Positions 13,055 through 23,520 of a stretch of 64,000 bases of DNA are shown here, piece by piece. Location: NCBI GenBank assembly GCA_973895155.1, contig OZ316892.1:13203270-13267269 (forward strand), given 5' to 3'. A program made the position numbers and the translations under genes. The notes under the pieces are model-generated. The model had not been told where the DNA came from. It saw only the letters and a program-made list of their open reading frames with translations, and did not search any database. The stretch's first letter is position 1. Every line of letters starts with the position of its first letter. The DNA is from Marsupella aquatica (lineage: Eukaryota > Plantae > Marchantiophyta).

Positions 13055-13907
13055 AAATCTCAATCTAGTTATTTCTTTAAAAGGGAAACTGCCTCGGAAG
13101 AAGCTACACTGTTCACCGTAATTAGTGTGAGTAACACTAATTCGAGAGCGCCCGTTTTCGGGGTCTACTCGCGAATTAGTGTTAGTCACACTAATTCCGA
13201 GCAAACACTAATTACGCGCGCGGAAAATAGTGTTACGTAACACTAATTCACGTGAGTTTTTGGGTCGTATCGCGCGACGCCAAAATGACAGGATTTCAAA
13301 TGTTCTTGGCATCCAAGTCTCTCATCACAGGCTCTTTGTTAGGGTGTTCAGCCGTCACTCTCATTCAGTCTAACATTGATGCTGCTAGAAGTGGATCGTT
13401 GCTGCTTGGTTGATATTGTTGCTCATTGATCGATCCTTGTAGTCCTACTGCCAAGTTGATTGGTGGTGCTATTGTGCTGTTGAACGTGAGTTGCTATTGC
13501 GGTGCTGAACAGTCGCACCTGCTGTGAAGTTGAAGTTGCTAGCTTGAATCGTGAGTTGCTACCTCTGCAGCTATTGGAATCCATTTGGGTCATTGTTGCT
13601 CCTACTACTGCAAAGTTCATTGGATCAGTACGTGTAATCAGTCTTTGGAGAACTCTCACAGAGTAGAAATTGATAAATTGAAGTAATACGTGTAATCTAA
13701 TTTGCATCTTATACGTGTAATCAATCTCTGCTTTGAGAAACCTGAGTAGAAATTGATCATTGCCTAGATCAATTGATTGTTGGCTTTAGAAATTGTTGGC
13801 TTCAGAAATTGATTGTTGGCTTTAGAAATTGCTGACTTCATAAATCGATTGTTGGCTTCAAAAAATTGACCTCAATGAACAGACAGCTCAGAATTTAGAC
13901 GAAAAAG

Positions 13908-14693
13908 ATGTCTGTTGCTTTCTTGGCAATGAACTTGTTCGGGAAGAATGTGCATCCCATGGATGAGTCCGAGCAGTGTGTAATTTTTGCTTCAGTGTGT
14001 GCTTGCACCTTCTATGGAGGGATAGAAGAAAGGGCAAGGAAGAAATTGGAGCTCAAATTTCTGGGAGGGGGTGGTGAACGAACACACCTCCCAAGCATTC
14101 ACAACACCCATTTTATTGCACATGATTGGTATGAAGTGGAGAAACTTGTGGCAGCCCTGCACATTTCTGTCCGTAGGTTCATACATCAGATTGTGATGGT
14201 GAGTTGGGATTGGGTTGGAGCTTGCTGGGATGCTCAACAGTTGGTGGATACGCACAAATTTTGCCTTAGGCCAGCAGATGGGTATTGGAGCCTCATGCTG
14301 CCATTGCCACCAGGTGTAAGAACTAGGATTTTCCAAACCTTTGATACCCGGGCTTACTTTGTGACAGACTCAATGCCACCCGTCCAATTTAAAACTTTCA
14401 TGTCTCAATTTGAGGATTACGGAGGACAGGTGCAGAGGGAAATGGGCCCAAGTGTCACACATAATTTTGCGTGTGATTGGTTTCATGTTCAGAATCATTT
14501 TCGGGACCCAGGACAGTGGTGCAGTTCAATTACGATCGTCAGTTACAGTTGGCTTTCCAAATGCATGGAAAGGCATACTATCGTTGATGCAAAGCCTTAC
14601 ACATTGAGTGCAAAGAAATTGTTAGCTCATGGGCCAAAGACGTGGAAAGAGATATCAGGAACAAGGAGGATGACATTGAGGCCAAATTGGTGA
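13908..14693 (+). CDS. Intact 261-aa transposon-borne ORF, predicted tandem BRCT-domain protein
   Basis: ATG-to-TGA ORF with no intron and an AATAAA near 14859. It has two BRCT-like repeats: IFASV...GGG...NTHFIA...IVMVSWDWVGACW..QQLVDTHKFCL and IFQTF...YGGQV...VTHNFA...IVSYSWLSKCM..HTIVDAKPYTL, each with the GG, TH and W-x3-C pattern. Confidence 0.7.
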   Translation: MSVAFLAMNLFGKNVHPMDESEQCVIFASVCACTFYGGIEERARKKLELKFLGGGGERTHLPSIHNTHFIAHDWYEVEKLVAALHISVRRFIHQIVMVSWDWVGACWDAQQLVDTHKFCLRPADGYWSLMLPLPPGVRTRIFQTFDTRAYFVTDSMPPVQFKTFMSQFEDYGGQVQREMGPSVTHNFACDWFHVQNHFRDPGQWCSSITIVSYSWLSKCMERHTIVDAKPYTLSAKKLLAHGPKTWKEISGTRRMTLRPNW

Positions 14694-15286
14694 AGATCCG
14701 TAAGCGAAAGGATAACTGCTGGAAATAGAATCATTGACAACATGATATCTGAGCCAACATTTAAAATTTTGTATAGTACAAAATTAAGAAGTCTTTCATT
14801 TTGTACAATTCCCTAAAATAGATGTTGGTACCTGTTGTGCCAGTGTACTCTCAAATTGAATAAAATGGCCCATTGTTGAACTCTAGCAGGTCGACACTTG
14901 TCCATGTATTGTTTATTTTACTTGGTGAACATTTTTAATAGTGTACATACTTTTAGATTCCATACAGTAACAGCACATTTACCAAGTCAAAATGAACGAG
15001 CATTCACTTTAGTGCAATCTAAAGTATAATAGATACAATTTTTTAATTGTCCTTATCTTTTATTTTTCAAAATTGCGTGCAACACAATTTTGGAATGCTT
15101 CCAAAGAGCTGGCCCCTAAACTGTTCACAATATTTTATTCCTCTAATGATTGGGAATTAAATTGCTCCTGACAAAATTGTGGAACACTTCCCACTTGCTA
15201 GCCGCTACAGTATTCATAGTACTATTTTAGTCCACATTGGTCTACAAAATAATGAGCTCTCTTTTGAAAGTCTATCTATCAAAAAA

Positions 15287-17242
15287 TTAAATCATTCCAG
15301 CAAGTCTACGAAACTGGGAGCTTAGATGTCCTTGTGCAAAAGGAGCCGTAGGAGTGGGCTCTACAACAATGTCAACAGCATTATCAATGGGCCCATTGTC
15401 TGGAGTCTCAAAATCACTTTCATTGTGAGAATCTTCCAATGAATCACTTTCATCACCAGAATTCTCAAAATCACTAGCACTGGTATCAGATTGGGCACAC
15501 GATTCATCACTAGTATCAGATTGGGCTTCACTTGCATTCACTTCGGTTACAACAACATAGCCCTGACCTTCCTATGGCTGATCATTTGGAACACAAGGAG
15601 GGTCATCAACAGCAAGGGGTTGTGGTTGTCCATTGACTGCTGCTTCAAAAGTGCCTCGAAACTTGACAATAATTCTCTGTAAGTCGGGAGTGAGCTGTTG
15701 CTCAGTCCAAACTCCTTCCAGGTTCAGGGAAAGGCCTCTCCGAATCATTGCCTTTCGAGCATAGCTGATACCATAATGTTTATCGACCATACTATTCACA
15801 TCTCTCACTGCATCAGCTGCCAGCTGAAGAAAAAACCGTTTACGTGGATTTTTCAATGCTCCACTAGTCCCTGCCCTACCATCTCCTTGCCACCGGTTGT
15901 CACGAATCCGGGACATCTTCTTCTCCTCCCATCGGCGGGTCCAGGCATCTTTGATCTTGGATATCACAAAAGAGTCACAGGGCTGTATCAGATCTGTTGC
16001 ATTGTCTGGGAAACGACGGACCTCAGTGTTGATGCGTTGCAAAGCCTCCTGTGCTGCTGGCAGAATCTTGTGACCTGGATAATTATCCATCCACTGCACT
16101 TTTTTCCCTCCACTCACGTCAGCAAAACTTACTTTTGGTTCCTTGTAATACTCAACCAAGCAAACACTATTCATGAAACCTTTCACTGTGCTACGATAAC
16201 AAACTCCATCTGGTAATGGCAACTTTATGCCTTTGATAGGGTAGCTGCACAAGGTGTTCTGAAAAATCAGGAATGGAATACCAATTTTACCTTTGGGACC
16301 ACCAGTTACCTTTACCATCATGGTGATGCCCACTCCTCCTGAAACCACATCTACATACTTTACGTTTTGATCCCCTCTAAACCCTAGTGTACGGCCATTG
16401 TCCATGTTAATCTGAAAATGAGTTTCATCCATATTTTCTTGCAGATTTTCGTCTAATGTGCCATCTCAAAATCCTCTGCATAAGACTCCCATGTGAAAAG
16501 CAACCTCACGTTCAATGAATTCACGCTTTGCTCCAGAGACCTGTAGCTTCCCTGTTTGTGACCTATGCACAATATTATGGGCCTCCTGAAATGTCTGAGT
16601 CCATCTAGAGGTGATGCGATCGATGAGAAGTTCAGGACTGTCACCCAAGACAGTCCTGGCATTGAAAAGAATATGAGGGTTAGTCAGTAGAGCATTTTTG
16701 GCCACTAATTTCAATACCCTTGGAGAGAATTTCAGGCCAGCCCTTTTGAGTCTTTGGAAGTCTTCTCTCACTATGGGGTATAACCATTCAATCCATGGAT
16801 GTCGCTTTCTTCCTCTCCCTGGTCGTACCTTCATCTGAATTCTATTCCTTCCACCCACATCTGACCGGCTAATTGATAATCCTTGCACTTTGTACTCTTC
16901 CAGGATGCTCTCTCGGTCCTTCCACCACCTCCCTGCCTTCATGAGATTTGCTGATCTTGACCTCTGCCTAAAAATATCTGGAAATTGTTTCACAGCAGAG
17001 GACTTGATCTTCTCCTCGGTACCCCTCTCTTGCACAGCGGCAATCATCCAATTGATCACCTTCAAATGTTGGGCCTTGGTGGCAACATTTTGTGCAGCCC
17101 GACCAGACAATACAAGCAGTGGCATCTCTGGAGCGGGAGCTGGAGCAGCTACAACAGGTTCGGTGCTAGTCTCACCAGTGGATGGGTCATTGGCAGCTGG
17201 AATTCTTGCCCAAGCTGCAAGCAAGGGTGACCCTTGGAACAT
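15287..17242 (-). pseudogene. pogo/DDE_1-type transposase with CENP-B-like HTH, interrupted by two in-frame stops
   Basis: ORF-track pieces 16466-17257, 15572-16432 and 15287-15541 share one frame, separated by TGA (16466-16468) and TAG (15572-15574). The first ATG is at 17242. HTH-like region: GRGRKR..W...DFQRLKRAGLKFS...SRWTQTF. Catalytic motifs: NMDETH, WMDNY and IQPCD, with 36 residues between D2 and D3. The C-terminal tail is acidic. Confidence 0.88.
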
Positions 17243-17811
17243 CCTTGCTCTATCCAATAAATCAAACCCCTAAAACTTTGTGGAAAGCAATTCAAAGCAA
17301 ATTAATTCACTCTGGACCCACCGGTCTATTTCTAGGCATGCAAAACTCTGACTACAATAATTGAAGTTCAATCAGAAATTGGGTTGGAGCGTTTGATGAG
17401 ATTAAAACTAATTTAGCAAGGATTGAATCTTAAGAAGACGGGAGCTTTAGCAAAATGCCAGCAAGAAACAAGATAAAATCTGAATTCTGTGGGTAGTGAG
17501 TTCTTTTTGTTAAAGAAGGAATATCTTAATCGTAAAAAGTTTGAGCTTGTAGGTAAAGAATCCGGGAAGAGAGCAAGAATAAATGTGAATTTAGGGAGTA
17601 GTGTACAATTTTGCTTGTCATGCAATAAAAAATATCTAAATCATAAAGAATGGGGCCAGTTTACGTCCTCTTACCTTGCACTGTAGGGCTGTACGCTGCA
17701 GCAATGCCAATGAGCCTCCACTCCCTAGTGATGCAAGGCTCACTATAGCGATGCCAAAGAGAATGTACGCTTTCAACTCTAGAGATGTCAGTTGATCACA
17801 CTTTCCCAATA

Positions 17812-17938
17812 ATGCCCTTGACTGCATGCCAGAGTATCCTCGCTACTGTAGCTCTGCCATGATTGATGAGCACAATGCCCTTGACTGCATGCCAGAGTAT
17901 CCTTGCTACTGTAGCTCTGCCATGATTGATGAGCACAA
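17812..17938. repeat. Two-copy 63-bp tandem repeat inside the transposon
   Basis: ATGCCCTTGACTGCATGCCAGAGTATCCT.GCTACTGTAGCTCTGCCATGATTGATGAGCACA occurs twice with one mismatch. Confidence 0.9.
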
Positions 17939-20299
17939 CGTGAGCGCTGGTTCAATGTGCACTGACTAGAAAAAGATCCCACTTTAGCCTCCACGACTAT
18001 AGCGCTCTCCGCACCTTGAAATAAAACCTCCAAAAACTATTGCGCGCGACACTAAATGTTGCGGAGCCCTCAAATCTTCTAGCCCTGACTCCACGACTAC
18101 AAAGCTTTGACTCCACTACTACAGAGCTTCCAGGTGCTCTATAGTGTGTTAAACAAAATATTTAAAACAAAACCTCAAAAAAAGATTTTAGAAACCGACA
18201 CCAATTAGTGTTACTTTTGCTTCTAGACCAAGTTCACATAAATTAGTGTGACTAACACTAATTTGGACATAACACTAATTCCGGCATAACACTAATTACG
18301 GTGAACAGTGTAGTATTGTTGCTACAACTACAGTAGTTTGCATAATTTGGGGCCACAAATCCCTGGAAAGTGCCATAAAATATTCCCTCAAAGCACCATA
18401 ATGGCACTGCCATGCTGCCTGTTCCCTGCTACCTGGGCACATGATCTAGATATAAATATTAGCAACATGACCACAGCTCCGTCCAACTAGCATGAGTAAG
18501 TTGTAGTTCATCTCCCTAGGGAGGCTTAGGTACTAAGTTTGAAAACCCCTCAAGCAATTGTACCTTTTAATCAATTGAAACCCCACCCAAAAGTGGGCTC
18601 CATGCAAGCTCTTGACACTTTAGAAAAAATACAGCGTGATTTCAGTTTCCGCTGGCAGTCAAAATGCCATGAATGCACTTCCACAAATTTATCTCCCTGA
18701 ATCTTGCAGGCAGTGGAAAAGTGTCCTTTTTAATACCTTGGCCAAAAACTGAAGGATGCCCTAACTCTTTTTGTCCAGGAGCCACCATGTGTCTTCATTG
18801 CCTTGCCACCTGGAGCTGGGTACAGAGACTCCGTCGCCAAGTTGCTCCCCGCAACGCCCCCTTTTGCCTGCACTTTGGTGGTTGCACTATGAGATTGTGC
18901 TGGATTGTAGACTAATCATTCTCATGAGGCTAGACGCACATATAGGGGGCCCACTTTCTGAACCCCCACCGTACCCTGGTCTGCCCACCCAAATATTGTG
19001 GCCCGACATTTTTCATCCCAAGGCCAGCAGTCCTCTGGCCAACAGTCCTCCTCTCAACAAGCTTGCAGGTCAAACTCACCAAGGTCCATCAATTGACCCT
19101 CTCAACCATCTATACCATGCTTTGTGGAAGTTTGGTAGGGACCCCGGGTAGGGAATAGTGTCCAGAACTGGTAAGAAATGCTTATTGCTTTCAATTTATC
19201 ACCCCCAAAATTGCAAATTGTTAGTTGCGGTCATGAAACTTTCGCAAGGAATGGTCATTTCAATATATTGATTTTTACTAGGTGTTGTTCTCTGAATGCA
19301 GTATTGTAGTTACATCAACATATTCTGTTGTTACCTTCATTGTCACAAATAATTGATCTGAAAAAGAAGCAAGAGAATCAATCTCAGCACCTCTGAGCTA
19401 AACAAAGTGTAGAGAAGGCAGCAAAGCGTTTACAAGAGGATATTCATCGCATCAAAACTCAGAAGGTTGATGACTTGAATTCTCAGTCTCAACACTACAA
19501 CTGGCTGGATCGATGAGAGGGGTTATCTATGAGATGTGATTAACTGATCTGACCAGATTGTAGCAAAGGCACTCCTACTCCTTTGGTTATTGCTTTCAAT
19601 GTCAAGCGGATTGAATCAAACCGTCTTGAAGTTTTTTCTGCCTATGGCAAACATATGCACGAGTAAGAATTGCTTTTTTCTCCTTCTCGGCTCTTTCTTT
19701 AAGTCTTGTTTTTAATTAAGGTGGGAAATAATGTTGGTCGGTGATAAGGTGAAGGCTCTAGAGTTAGTTCCCTTTATCTTGTTGAGGAGTGTTTTTTTTT
19801 AAATGTTAAGTTACTCTTTGTGTAGCAAATCTTATTAAAATTGGTTTACTGTTGTCTGCTGTATCCTCCCAAGGGGTCTCTGAAAAATGACAGAAAATTC
19901 TTGTTTTGAGGAAGCTCATGTAGCATACGGTTCAGACCATGGCCTGGGTATTCATGTCCAGCTCTCATGGTACACTGTGGCAGTGTTGGGCACCTCTAGA
20001 GGACACAACCACAAACCTGAGTGTTTGCTTCTTGATGTTTTTTCCAACCACCCGTCGTGCTTCTTGAGGAGGTTTGTATGAAGTATAGATGCACATTCTT
20101 CTTTGTGACTTCTTCTTCCTATTCTTGTGCTGCAATTGACTTTTATGAACATTCTCTATACATTTTCCCATTTTGACATGACGTCATCTCAAAATGAGGT
20201 TACTCTTGAGAGGAAGCGAGACTCAATTATTCTCGGCCTAGTGACATTTCTTGTATGTGGGCAGCCCGATTCATCTCAACGTGGTGTCATTGCCTTTAT

Positions 20300-21270
20300 T
20301 GCAACAAGAGGTCTTGTTGAAGAGAAAGCGAGAAAGGCCTCCAAAAAATAGTGGATGGCAAGATCTGAGTGTGCAAGCATCTCCTATAGGGCAACAGGAG
20401 GTCCCGTTGAAAAGAAAGCGAGGAAGACCTCCAAAAAACACTCGGCCAATAGATGGCAAAATCTGAGTGTGCAAGCATCTCCTATAGGGCAACAGGAGGT
20501 CCCGTTGAAAAGAAAGCGAGGAAGACCTCCAAAAAACACTCGGCCAATGGATGGCAAGATCTGACTGTGCAGGCATCTCCTATGGGGCAACAGGAGGTCC
20601 CGTTTCAAGAAGAGAAAGTGTGGAAGGCCTCCCAAAAAACACTCGACCAGTGGATGGCAAGATTCGTTTGAGGGTGTAGACATCTCCTACGGGGCAACAG
20701 GAGACCCCATTGAAGAGATAGCGAGGTAGGCCTCCAAAAAACACTCAGCCAATGGATGACAAGATTAGTCTGAGTGTGCAAACATCTCCTATGGTGCAAC
20801 AGGAGGTCCCGTTGAAGTGAAAGCAAGGAAGGCCTCCAAAAAATACTCAACCAGTGGATGACAAGATTTGTCTGAGTGTATAGGCATCTCCTATGGGGCA
20901 ATAGGAGGTCCCATTGAAAAGAAAACGCTGAAGGCCTCCAACAAACACTTGGCGAGTGGATGACAAGATTCGTCTGAGTGTACAGGCATCTTCTATGGGG
21001 CAACCAAAGACCCCGTTGAAGATAAAGTGAGGAAGGTCTCCAAAAAACACTCGGCCAATGGATAGCAAGATTAGTTTGAGTGTGGAGGCATCTCATATGG
21101 GGCAACATGAGGCCCCACCGAAAAGAAAGCGAGGAAGGGCTCGAAAACTTCCAGTTGTGATGAATAGTTCATTATACATAGATGAAAGTTGTCCGAGTGT
21201 CCAGGCATCTCCTATGGAGCAACAGGAGGCCCCACCAAAAAGAAAGTGAGGAAGGCCTCGCAAACTTCCA
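20300..21270 (+). repeat. About 10 copies of a ~100-bp coding-type tandem repeat encoding AT-hook motifs; decayed
   Basis: The unit translates as LSVQASPIGQQEVPLKRKRGRPPKNTRPIDGK. Copies are separated by frameshifts and carry stops. Confidence 0.85.
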
Positions 21271-23520
21271 GTTCTGATGCCGAGTACTTCAATCCAAAGC
21301 AGTCATAGTTTGGCCCAACTTGCACCCAAGCCAGAATCTTCAGGAAGAAGAGCACCAAGATGACCTCAAGGTTGTGGGAAGATTCACAACCCGTCACTCC
21401 CCTTGCCATTGGTCAAAGGAAGGACATGATGTAATCTGCATTTCTGCATTTTTGCTCTAGATTGTACGTAAAAAGCCATGCAGGAGTAGTACATGTGATT
21501 TGTTCATGGAAGTTTGGTTGCACACGCACCACCTCTAGAGCAATGAGATACCTGATCCAAACATTAGTGTTTTCGTGGGTCTGTGTGTAAGTAACTGACT
21601 ACTCATTTGGAATTGATGAGATACATCGGCCTACATTGGTGGACGACAACTGTGTTCTTTGGGTGTTCTGTTTGTGTTGGTTGTGAATCTAAACCCACTC
21701 TGTTCATCTCATACTCTTGAAAAGTTTGTCGTAGCTATTGTCTCTTGCGAGAAGAGAGCACCCGTTGTGGTGTCTGTTCCTTTTGCATAGCGAAAAAATC
21801 ACAGGTTGGGAATCATAATTACTAGTCAGGTGTGCGGAAATGTTTGCGGGAAGAACTCTTCTGTTTTTCAGTTCTGTTTTGTGGAATCTACTGTACTTGT
21901 CATCCCAGTCTATTAAACACATTCTTCTTGGTCATGTCATGCTAAAATCTCACTGAAGTTGTTAAGATGGATGTTGTCATTCATAGTGTGTGAGCATGGG
22001 TGCCAATGCTTTGTTTCACAGTTCTAAGGATTGGTTCATTAGCTCCAAATGAAGCGTGCAAGAATATGGCAGTTGTGAAATCCCCTTGGATCCTCTGGGA
22101 TGCAATCAAATATCTGGAAATTTAAATGCCTGAGAGATTTTTATTTTTCCTAGTTTTAGTAAAAGTAAATGAAAATCTTTCTAACGAGGTGTTGCAGATC
22201 TTGGTGGGGGCACTATGTTCCCAGAAGAAGTTATCTTACTAAAAAATCACCATGAGAAACTAAAGTTGGGGTCTAGGCTTGTAAGTGAAGTCTCTAGACC
22301 ATGACAAAAAAGCCCCACAAAGTTTATGTGGATGGAAAGAAGGATAGGACATGTATATCAAAATGATAATCATGCAAGATAATTTTTGTCATCATTTCTA
22401 TTAGGCTCCTATAATTAAATCTGGCTGTACAAGTTTAGCAATTTGTCCCCATGGTAGACATGCTCTCTTGTGACGTCTAGTCCAAACCTAACAGGAGGCA
22501 AAGTTCAACTACATTGCCACAAAGTGCCCCTCCAATAGTGGGCAGTGGAAGTTCTCCCACCGGTCCACTACTGGGCCTAGCCCGGAGCAACTGTAGGCCC
22601 ACTTTATGAACCCCCACCCTACCCTGGTCTGCACACCCAAATATTGCAGCGGGACATTTTTCATCCCAAGGCCAGCAATCCTCTGCTCCACAAGCTTGAA
22701 GATCAAAACTCACCAAGATCAATCAATTGGCCCTCTCAATTCTAATCGAATGGCTATGCAATCACTCTGGAAAGTGCAGTCAAACAATTCAACTTTTCTT
22801 GTGGTTCAAACCACGGCTGGCCAAATTTAATAAGTGTGAAAATCGGAAACCCTAAGTCCCTTTCAAAGGACCTGGATGGGCAGGTGCCTCAAAATGCTCG
22901 CTAAATCTCCCCAATGGAGATGTTGTTTGGTTTGCACAGGTGGGAGTGCTCGTAGGGCCCTTAACCCAATCTCCCAGATGTCTAGGATTTGTAGGATTTG
23001 TAATTTGATCTAACCCTACTCAGGAATCCTAACACGAATATCAGTTTCACATGCGCTTCTGTTATCTTTCTCCCCAATGGAAACTCTGTGTAAGTGACCG
23101 AACATTTCCAATCTGTGAAGCTTATTTTAGATAACATCAGATTATTCCTACTTGCCAGGTTTAGGTCAGACAATGAGCTTGCATTTGTCCCAAATTGTTG
23201 CCAAATTTCATGCCCGCTTACCAGAGCTCATACATTGTCGTCCAGTGTGGCATCAGTGGCTTTCCTTGATTCCGTGCGAGCCTTGGCACCAGGTCAAACC
23301 ATTGCCACATCATCCCTCTGAACCTCATCTCACAGGGGAATACTTGCAACAGCCCAAACATGTGGTCTAGATGGTTTAAGCAATCTTAGCCTGATTACAA
23401 ACATTTTGTAACTTTATTAATGTACCTGCACATAATGCATATACCCACGCGAGAAACTTCGTTTTCTTCCAAAAGTGTGATGGCCTCACTTATTTGTATA
23501 ACAAAGCTTCATCTGCAAGG

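Larger units (their letters stand above)
13107..18310. mobile_element. Full-length pogo-like (Tc1/mariner superfamily) DNA transposon, 5204 bp
   Basis: Perfect 22-bp TIR CACTGTTCACCGTAATTAGTGT at 13107-13128 and, reverse-complemented, at 18289-18310. TA lies on both sides (13105-13106, 18311-18312). A DDE_1-type transposase is inside. Confidence 0.93.

Noticed and set aside
15698-16216. 172-aa + strand ORF inside the transposon
   Set aside because: Antisense to the transposase catalytic domain, with no recognisable motifs.
19887-20140. Possible integrase zinc-finger-like fragment (EEAHVAYGSDHG) upstream of the AT-hook array
   Set aside because: Too short and interrupted, and no downstream CxxC or catalytic core could be assembled.
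20300-21270. Regularly spaced repeats resembling a CRISPR array
   Set aside because: Whole units are homologous, with no unique spacers. They encode AT-hooks, the context is eukaryotic and no cas genes are present.
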